A program made the position numbers and the translations under genes. DNA of 54,093 nt from an uncultured Candidatus Saccharibacteria bacterium (lineage in GTDB: Bacteria; Patescibacteriota; Dojkabacteria; SC72): positions 9,980-64,072 of the forward strand of contig CAYZNW010000005.1 in the NCBI GenBank assembly GCA_964480345.1, given 5' to 3'. The notes beneath the pieces are model-generated. The model saw nothing but the letters and a program-made list of their open reading frames with translations. It made no database searches and had not been told where the DNA came from. Below, in pieces: positions 48,220 through 54,093 of this stretch. Numbering within the stretch: position 1 is the stretch's first letter; every line of letters starts with the position of its first letter.

Positions 48220-49365
48220 GTGGAAAGGTTCAGATTTTTTAAATCATTAAAATTTAAGTTAACTATTTGGTACTCATTAATACTTTCAGTGTTCTGTATT
48301 TTCTTTCTTTTCGCAGTGAATATTTGGATGACTAGCTATATGAGTAGATGGGATCCGAATAGCAATGATTTGCCTTTCTGGACGGAGAGAGAAAATATGT
48401 CTGTTCTTTCATCTCTTTCTGAGGAGGAGGTACAAATTATTGTAGCTGCTAGATTGCGAGATATGGAGAATATCCGAATTGTTTCAGTATACTCTGTTCT
48501 ACCACTTGTATTTCTAAGTTTTCTTGGTGGTTATGTTATTGCGACTGTGATGCTTAATCCTTTAGAGACACTAAACAGTACAATCAAGAAGAGAGAGTTG
48601 GAAAATATTGATGAAGAGATACCTTTTGATGATAATGGAGATGAGATATCAGAGTTGATTAAAAGTTTTAATAGGATGAGTAATAGGTTGGGTAAATCTT
48701 TTGATTCGCAAAAGCAATTTATTGAAAATGCTTCTCATGAATTAAAGACTCCGTTAGCTGTTGTTAGTGCAAATACAGATATGATTTTAGATGATGAGAG
48801 TATTACTTTAGATGAGGTTAAGGATTTGGCTAGTAGTAGTAAAAGACAGATTGCCTTTATGAATGATCTGACAGAGGATCTTCTGTTGATGAGTGTGAAG
48901 AATAGTATTAAGTGTAGGAAGATGGATATTCTTCCTTTTCTTAGAGATTTAGCTACTTCTTCTAGTACTGATGAGTTTAAGGTTCTATTTAATGATAAGT
49001 TCAGAAGAAAGCAGATGATTTTTGTTAATATGAATAAGGTTCTTTTGGAGAGAGCTTGTATGAATATTGTAGAGAATAGTATTAAATATTCAGGTGGTAA
49101 TGAATTGGTAATTTCATTAGAGAAAAAAAGAAAAGAGTTGTATATACATTTTGTTGATAATGGTAAGGGTATACCTGAGGAGTCTAAGGAAAAGGTGTTT
49201 GATAGATTCTATCGAGTTGATAAAGGAAGGTGTAGGGATTGCGGTGGTAGTGGTTTAGGTTTATCAATTAGTAGAAAGATAATTGAGTTGCATGGAGGAA
49301 GGGTATATTTGAATAAGGTTAGAAAAGATGGTGCAGAGTTTATTGTTGTTTTGAAAACAGTGTAA
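48220..49365 (+). CDS. HAMP-domain sensor histidine kinase (GTG start)
   Basis: Two TM helices; NASHELKTPL, NIVENSIKY, DNGKGIP, FDRFYRVD, GSGLGLSI. Confidence 0.96.
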   Translation: MERFRFFKSLKFKLTIWYSLILSVFCIFFLFAVNIWMTSYMSRWDPNSNDLPFWTERENMSVLSSLSEEEVQIIVAARLRDMENIRIVSVYSVLPLVFLSFLGGYVIATVMLNPLETLNSTIKKRELENIDEEIPFDDNGDEISELIKSFNRMSNRLGKSFDSQKQFIENASHELKTPLAVVSANTDMILDDESITLDEVKDLASSSKRQIAFMNDLTEDLLLMSVKNSIKCRKMDILPFLRDLATSSSTDEFKVLFNDKFRRKQMIFVNMNKVLLERACMNIVENSIKYSGGNELVISLEKKRKELYIHFVDNGKGIPEESKEKVFDRFYRVDKGRCRDCGGSGLGLSISRKIIELHGGRVYLNKVRKDGAEFIVVLKTV

Positions 49366-49371
49366 GAGATT

Positions 49372-49641
49372 GAAAGAAAACCTCTAGGAGAAATGTGTAT
49401 AAAATACGTAATGGTAAAACCATTATTTTATTTCTCCTAGAGTCAAGTTCTTAACTGGTAGGTACGCTATCTCTGTAGCATTTTAACCCTACGGTTAAGT
49501 TCTTTTTGGTGGTGAGTAAGGGTTGCAGATAAGTTGTCATAATGAGGAGTAATATGAATGAAAACAATTTCCGTTGTCATTTTTGTATGACTTTCCTTAC
49601 TCTTCAAACTCTAGTCAATATCAAGTAACCACCATTAACAG
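49372..49641 (-). ncRNA. Candidate structured non-coding RNA or small-peptide transcript of unknown family
   Basis: Lies between an upstream promoter and a terminator-like hairpin, and contains several nested helices (see findings). Confidence 0.45.
49382..49442 (-). terminator. Long hairpin followed by a U-rich tract on the minus strand
   Basis: 13-bp arms ctctaggagaaat (49382-94) and atttctcctagag (49430-42); inner stem taatggt/accatta; the minus strand continues GUUUUCUUUC. Confidence 0.6.
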
Positions 49642-49646
49642 TATGA

Positions 49647-49675
49647 AGTATAGCATAAAAGAGGTGTTCTGTCAC
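49647..49675 (-). promoter_or_regulatory. Near-consensus sigma70 promoter firing into the 49.37-49.64 kb intergenic region
   Basis: Minus strand: GTGACA (49675-70), 17-nt spacer, TGc-TATACT (49652-47). Confidence 0.6.
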
Positions 49676-50175
49676 TACTTTCTTGCTTCTTGTGCCTTCT
49701 TAATATTTCTCTTCCAAGCTTTTTTCTGTGCATCTGTAGGTTTGTTTTTTTCTGGCACATTTATTTCAGCTTTTGCTCTGTAAATATCTCCTTTTACATG
49801 TTCAGGTTTAGAGCCTAAGCTCTTTAGTAATTTTTTTACTGAAGCCGAATTACTTCGTATTGTATTTCCATATTTTGAAGCTAAATCTTTTGATATTAAC
49901 CAGGCTTGTGTTGCCCATGATCCGCTAGATCGTCTTCCAGCAACTCTCTCTAATCCTCCTTTTTCTCCTACATCATGTATTTTGAATGATGTAAATTGTG
50001 ATTTCTCTCTTATCTGTATTCTAAAGAATTTTCCTTTTCCTGTACTTCCTGGTTTTTTTCTGCTGGCTCCTTGTGGTTGTGCTAATGTTCTTTCTCTTTT
50101 TGTCATTGTTTTCCATTTCTGTTGTGCTTTTTTAATGTTTCTTTTTGATGCTTTTAATTGTTTAGGTGTAGGCAT
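49675..50175 (-). CDS. Conserved hypothetical, highly basic protein (start MPTPKQ at 50175 preferred)
   Basis: KPGSTGKGKFFRI..HDVGEKGGLERVAGRRSSGSWATQAWLISK resembles a widespread uncharacterised family; KRNIKKAQ occurs at both termini. Confidence 0.75.
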   Translation of the reverse strand: MPTPKQLKASKRNIKKAQQKWKTMTKRERTLAQPQGASRKKPGSTGKGKFFRIQIREKSQFTSFKIHDVGEKGGLERVAGRRSSGSWATQAWLISKDLASKYGNTIRSNSASVKKLLKSLGSKPEHVKGDIYRAKAEINVPEKNKPTDAQKKAWKRNIKKAQEARK

Positions 50176-50248
50176 ATATATGTAATTAAAATTTACATAT
50201 TTAAAGTATATATTAAGGCTAAAAGAAATCAAGTTAGGTAGTTGTAGA

Positions 50249-50308
50249 TTGAAGATAGGAGTGATTTTATGGTATAATTCTATAGGTCATTAAAAATTAC
50301 TGGGAGGT
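50249..50308 (+). promoter_or_regulatory. Strong promoter plus canonical Shine-Dalgarno for the 50314 gene
   Basis: TTGAAG (50249-54), 18-nt spacer, TGg-TATAAT (50273-78); GGGAGGT at 50302-08. Confidence 0.6.
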
Positions 50309-50313
50309 AAGAA

Positions 50314-50763
50314 ATGGGAAATATGTTATCAGACATAAAAGCCATTGAACCTGTTAACAAAAGGTTTGGGAATAAAACATTTAAAGGATATGATGTCGGT
50401 GGAGGTATGTTTTTATATAACTTGACTGATATACCTACTCCTGTTTTTTTTGCTAATATGGGTAGAACTTTGGAATGTTGTGGTTATGTAGCATCAATTG
50501 TCATAAATAGAAGGAAATCTAATGAGAATAAAGGTGGTTGCACCTTGCTTTCTAATACTGTTACTCATAAAGTGATCAACCTTCCAAAACCATCCCCTAA
50601 TGCTATTTTTCTTGTTAGCAGAGAAGTGTATTTCTTTTGCCAAGACAGGCATGACGTATTTATTCTATCCCAAAATGAATCTGATGCACTCAGGATAGGA
50701 CTACATATGGGTAGTTTATTTATTGAAGGAAGAGGAGAAATAAAGTTCTTATCGAAAGAATGA
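50314..50763 (+). CDS. Hypothetical protein resembling a virus-associated NLTPH...GLPEP family
   Basis: LYNLTDIP, CGYVASI, VINLPKPSPNAIFLVSREV...DRHDVF. Confidence 0.55.
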   Translation: MGNMLSDIKAIEPVNKRFGNKTFKGYDVGGGMFLYNLTDIPTPVFFANMGRTLECCGYVASIVINRRKSNENKGGCTLLSNTVTHKVINLPKPSPNAIFLVSREVYFFCQDRHDVFILSQNESDALRIGLHMGSLFIEGRGEIKFLSKE

Positions 50764-50765
50764 CC

Positions 50766-50823
50766 TAGGTTGGTGCTAACTAAAATATTGAATATATTTA
50801 TTCATATTGTTAGCACCTTCCTA
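50766..50823. terminator. Imperfect long hairpin between convergent genes, possibly a bidirectional terminator
   Basis: ggtgctaac (50772-80) pairs with gttagcacc (50809-17); inner tgaat/attca; outer tagg/ccta. Confidence 0.55.
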
Positions 50824-50876
50824 AACCATCTATATGTTTATAGGTATAGGAAGAATAGTTTAGATTAATCAAGCAA

Positions 50877-51341
50877 TTAAGAGTTATATATTCTTTTTTT
50901 TACTCTCGCACTGTACTGATCTCTTAAGTTTATAGCTCCTCGTGTATCTATCTGATGTGTAAGTAAATAGTTATCATTGTTTATCGATATCTGTTTAGAA
51001 AAATCTCCCATTTTCATTTGAGCAACAAACAGCATTTTTTCTGATCTATGAAGAAGATCTATGGCGTTTTTTAATAGGAACTCTGCTGTATCATCATCCT
51101 GAATAGAGAGCTTTGATAGAGCTATTCTTGGATCTCCTTGATCACTTCTTGTTCCAGTTGTAATTTGAAATAACTGTATATCTTTTGAATCATCTATTTT
51201 TCTAATACCAAAGCATCTATCTGTTTCTACCACTTTCTCTTCTAGATATACTCTATATGTATCATCCTCTAGTTTAATATCTCGTTGAGGCATTAAATCT
51301 TCTATATCTGGCACTCTTATTTCCATATCTTCTAAACTCAT
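50877..51341 (-). CDS. Hypothetical protein
   Basis: 154-aa ORF with normal composition; no motif recognised. Confidence 0.6.
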   Translation of the reverse strand: MSLEDMEIRVPDIEDLMPQRDIKLEDDTYRVYLEEKVVETDRCFGIRKIDDSKDIQLFQITTGTRSDQGDPRIALSKLSIQDDDTAEFLLKNAIDLLHRSEKMLFVAQMKMGDFSKQISINNDNYLLTHQIDTRGAINLRDQYSARVKKRIYNS

Positions 51342-51375
51342 ATGTTTCTTTCATAAAGTTATCTTAAATCTCTAT

Positions 51376-52239
51376 CTATTTAGGTTGAACAATTTCAAAC
51401 TTGTCTCCTAGGTTGGAATATACTATGAATCTTACACTACATGTTGATTCATCAGCTCCGTTTTCTGGCTGTGTAAACTTTTGTATTGATTCCAATTTGT
51501 TATCTTTAAATGTTATCTGTATGTAATTATTGAAGTATAAGGTTGCTCCTGTAAATGAAGAGGAACTTTTTCCTGTAACATAGAGCGTGTTCTCTTTAGA
51601 TCGTTCATCAAATTTAACTGATTTGTTTTGTAGATTTGTTAATGTTTCTAGTGTAGTAGCTGGATATAGGCTTAATATATCTTTCTCTTCGTTAGAAGAG
51701 GTTTCATTTTGAGTTATTTCTTTTGTCTTTGCATTGATGCTACTCTGTGTATCTTCTATTGTAACTGTTCTTCTTGTGTACTCCTCTTTACCATTGTTGT
51801 AGTAATCTGTATGAGTGGAATCATTTACAAATATTTCATAGTAGTTTTGTAATCTGTCTGATGGATAATATCCTTTGTCTTTTAGTGCAAATGATGTGTA
51901 TTTCTTTGTTTCTGTAAGTATTGTATTTAGTTTCTTTTCTGCTTCTGGATTACTTTTGTATGTTACTTCATTAGATTCTTTTGGTGGGAAGTAAGTTTTG
52001 ACATATTCTGCACAAGAGGATGGATAGAATGGTATATCTGAGAAATTTACTTCTGATATTTTTACGATACTTGTTTTACTTTTTGATTGGTCTTCTGATT
52101 TTTTTGAATCTTTTGTAAATAGATAGATTACTAAAGCAAGTAGTAGTATAGCTAATATCGCTACAGGTATTAGATATTTCTTGGGTATTTTGGGAATGAC
52201 CATATTTTTATGGTTAAACTTAATACATATATTATACAT
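51376..52239 (-). CDS. Hypothetical membrane-anchored exported protein (start possibly ATG at 52200)
   Basis: Single N-terminal TM (LIPVAILAILLLALVIYLF); Ser/Thr/Lys-rich, beta-rich body. Confidence 0.7.
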   Translation of the reverse strand: MYNICIKFNHKNMVIPKIPKKYLIPVAILAILLLALVIYLFTKDSKKSEDQSKSKTSIVKISEVNFSDIPFYPSSCAEYVKTYFPPKESNEVTYKSNPEAEKKLNTILTETKKYTSFALKDKGYYPSDRLQNYYEIFVNDSTHTDYYNNGKEEYTRRTVTIEDTQSSINAKTKEITQNETSSNEEKDILSLYPATTLETLTNLQNKSVKFDERSKENTLYVTGKSSSSFTGATLYFNNYIQITFKDNKLESIQKFTQPENGADESTCSVRFIVYSNLGDKFEIVQPK

Positions 52240-52268
52240 CTGTTATGTATGGGTACAAGATGAGATAT

Positions 52269-52784
52269 TTATGTAATTATTGTAATACCTCTCTCTTTAG
52301 ATATATTCTCTAGATATTCTTTTAATGGTTCTAATCCTATTTTCTTTCTTCTTTTATCTACTTCTCTAGGGTTATATATTTCATAAAGTTTATATGTATT
52401 TGCTTTCTCTTTTATTGAAGTAAATTGTGTGCCATATAACTGTTTCTTACCTTCATATATTCTTATTCTATCTACTAATTGAGCATAGTTTAATGGATTG
52501 ATATTTTTTAAATCTTTTTTCATTTGTGATAGATATTCTTTCATAAAAGTGATATCTTCTTTAGGCATATGTTGAACAATTAGGAATGCTGCTAGTTGAA
52601 CTTCTTTACCGTATTTTGATGATATGTATCCAAATTGATTAAATATCTTTTTAAACTTCTTTCTATTTTGTTTATCAATATTTTTAACTTTTTGTAAATC
52701 TTCATTACTGTTTGTTTGTAGATAGTTGGTTCTAAGTAATTGATCTTCTTCTGACATTTTAAGAATAATGTTCTTTATATTCAT
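52269..52784 (-). CDS. DUF6624-family protein
   Basis: EEDQLLR, AAFLIVQH, YAQLVDRIRI..GKKQLYGTQF, VDKRRKKIGLEPL. Confidence 0.8.
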   Translation of the reverse strand: MNIKNIILKMSEEDQLLRTNYLQTNSNEDLQKVKNIDKQNRKKFKKIFNQFGYISSKYGKEVQLAAFLIVQHMPKEDITFMKEYLSQMKKDLKNINPLNYAQLVDRIRIYEGKKQLYGTQFTSIKEKANTYKLYEIYNPREVDKRRKKIGLEPLKEYLENISKERGITIIT

Positions 52785-52921
52785 AGATATTGTTTAGATA
52801 GGTATTAAACTAAAGGGAAATAATAAAACGGGATTTAGACCTCTAGAACCTAATAGTAACATTAGCATTATAGAATGAAAGTGGTATATTTGAATAGTTA
52901 ACTTAAGAGAGAAATATTAAT

Positions 52922-54052
52922 ATGGATTATATATTGTACAGAGAAACTGATGGAGAAAGTACACCTGCTACTAATCTGGGAATAAATGATTTGAATAAAG
53001 AATTAAACGCAGAGAATTTGAATTCCTCGACCAGTAAAGATATGGCAAATTTAGATAAGGGAGTACAGATACTTCGAGAGGAAACGGACAAGCAAGCAGA
53101 TGGTCCAATTGTTGATTATCTTGAAAAATCTGGTTTGAGTGATTCAGAGAAATTAGAAGCTTTAATCCAAAATGGCTATTACGAAGATTTCAGGAATCAT
53201 CTCGTACACCTTAATGCTCTTATTCGTAGTATTCCTCCTGAAGATCACATAATTGATGGGGAAAAAGTTCTTATTAAAGATGGTCTTGTCCCAATCTCTA
53301 GTGAATTTAAAGAGAAAGTAGTAGAAATGGCATTTGACTCTCTGAAGTGCTTGTCACTAAAGGATCGCGGGTTATTGATGTATAACATTCTGGTCTCTGT
53401 TCATTTATTTGTAGATGGGAACGGAAGGTTAGCGCGAATCTATCACCATTTACTTAGTGGTGAGAGATTGGATGACGAGCAGGTACAAATACTTATCAAG
53501 CATGATAAGTTGGGTTCAAAAGGGATAGCTGAGACAGGAAGACAGGCAATTGCAGAGTACTTAAATGTAAACAGTGACGAAACTGGTGGAATAGTGAATC
53601 AATTAGCTTTTGCGCAGGAATTGGATGCAATTGGGGCAAAAAGTATAACTGCTGACTTACCACAGCTTTTACCTCGTTCAAGAAGTGCAGATGGAAGTAT
53701 CCCGAAGAATGACTTGGGGAAGAGGTTAATGCTTATTTGTCAAGAGGATACATCTCCAATATTTGTTCCTTTCAATATTATGACTATGTACATGCTTTCA
53801 AAAGAAGACCCTACTTTTACTGTTCCTCCAGCCAGTATGATAAATGGTGATTATTGTTATCATAATGAAAAAGAACACAATCTCTATTTTACCCAATTGC
53901 AAGCGCAAAGGTTTGTTGATATCAACAATGAATTGAAAATTAGATCCTTTCAGACATTGATAGATATTTTCAAGAATCCAGAACGATATAAATTCACAAA
54001 TGGTAGTCCTATAAAAGAAATATTTTATTCTAGAGGAGAAAGAGGTCTTTAA
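52922..54052 (+). CDS. Fic/DOC-domain protein
   Basis: VHLFVDGNGRLAR matches the Fic signature HxFx(D/E)GNGRxxR. Confidence 0.85.
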   Translation: MDYILYRETDGESTPATNLGINDLNKELNAENLNSSTSKDMANLDKGVQILREETDKQADGPIVDYLEKSGLSDSEKLEALIQNGYYEDFRNHLVHLNALIRSIPPEDHIIDGEKVLIKDGLVPISSEFKEKVVEMAFDSLKCLSLKDRGLLMYNILVSVHLFVDGNGRLARIYHHLLSGERLDDEQVQILIKHDKLGSKGIAETGRQAIAEYLNVNSDETGGIVNQLAFAQELDAIGAKSITADLPQLLPRSRSADGSIPKNDLGKRLMLICQEDTSPIFVPFNIMTMYMLSKEDPTFTVPPASMINGDYCYHNEKEHNLYFTQLQAQRFVDINNELKIRSFQTLIDIFKNPERYKFTNGSPIKEIFYSRGERGL

Positions 54053-54093
54053 GACAATATTTCTTATTTCTATTATTATGGAATATGGCGGAA

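Noticed and set aside
49372-49641. Calling the structured region RNase P RNA, tmRNA, a T-box or a c-di-GMP riboswitch
   Set aside because: Only short partial matches: no RNase P P4 3' strand, no tRNA-like ends, no T-box GGUGGUACC, no GGCAAA/GCAAA core. Left unassigned.
49574-49783. 69-aa plus-strand ORF
   Set aside because: Overlaps the 3' end of the conserved minus-strand gene; no recognisable motif or ribosome site.
311-53681. Many 60-250 aa ORFs antisense to or out of frame within clear genes (e.g. 9597-10154, 23640-24374, 3436-3906, 13162-13602)
   Set aside because: Shadow ORFs of well-supported genes, with low-information composition and no motifs.
1-54093. CRISPR array, tRNA/rRNA genes, transposase, integrase, reverse transcriptase, intein
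   Set aside because: No regularly spaced repeats, cloverleaf or rRNA signatures, or diagnostic motifs seen by eye; divergent or intron-split RNAs could be missed.
1-54093. Alternative genetic code (TGA read-through, as in some CPR lineages)
   Set aside because: Conserved genes are full-length under code 11 with no internal TGA, and TGA terminates genes at 23218, 46181 and 50763.

Overview
AT-rich chromosomal window with about 55 protein-coding genes. I found no rRNA, tRNA, CRISPR array, integrase or transposase. Gene content and style suggest a reduced-genome Patescibacteria/CPR bacterium, possibly Dojkabacteria-like; this taxonomy is inference only. Layout: (1) a partial DUF285 surface protein, then a degenerate GlmL/MutL-like gene and its barrel-sandwich partner upstream of CtpA and HtrA proteases; (2) housekeeping genes prmC-prfA-rpmE, dnaB, secA, recO, ndk; (3) a large ABC-transporter-type surface-glycan locus (14.3-30.8 kb) plus a second GT4-GT4-priming transferase block (36.8-39.8 kb); (4) a nucleotide cluster (elp3, ndk, family-4 UDG, two tandem dCTP-deaminase-fold genes); (5) an OmpR-family two-component system; (6) an accessory tail of hypothetical genes ending in a Fic protein. 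Strongest leads: a dCTP-deaminase-like pair with complementary catalytic losses, whose upstream member is truncated in the ORF track because it appears to start at ATA; a promoter- and terminator-bounded structured RNA of about 270 nt at 49.37-49.64 kb; the GlmL-like pair; and a GT2/HAD/PRTase fusion that may add ribofuranose. All family calls come from motif recognition by eye; no searches were run.
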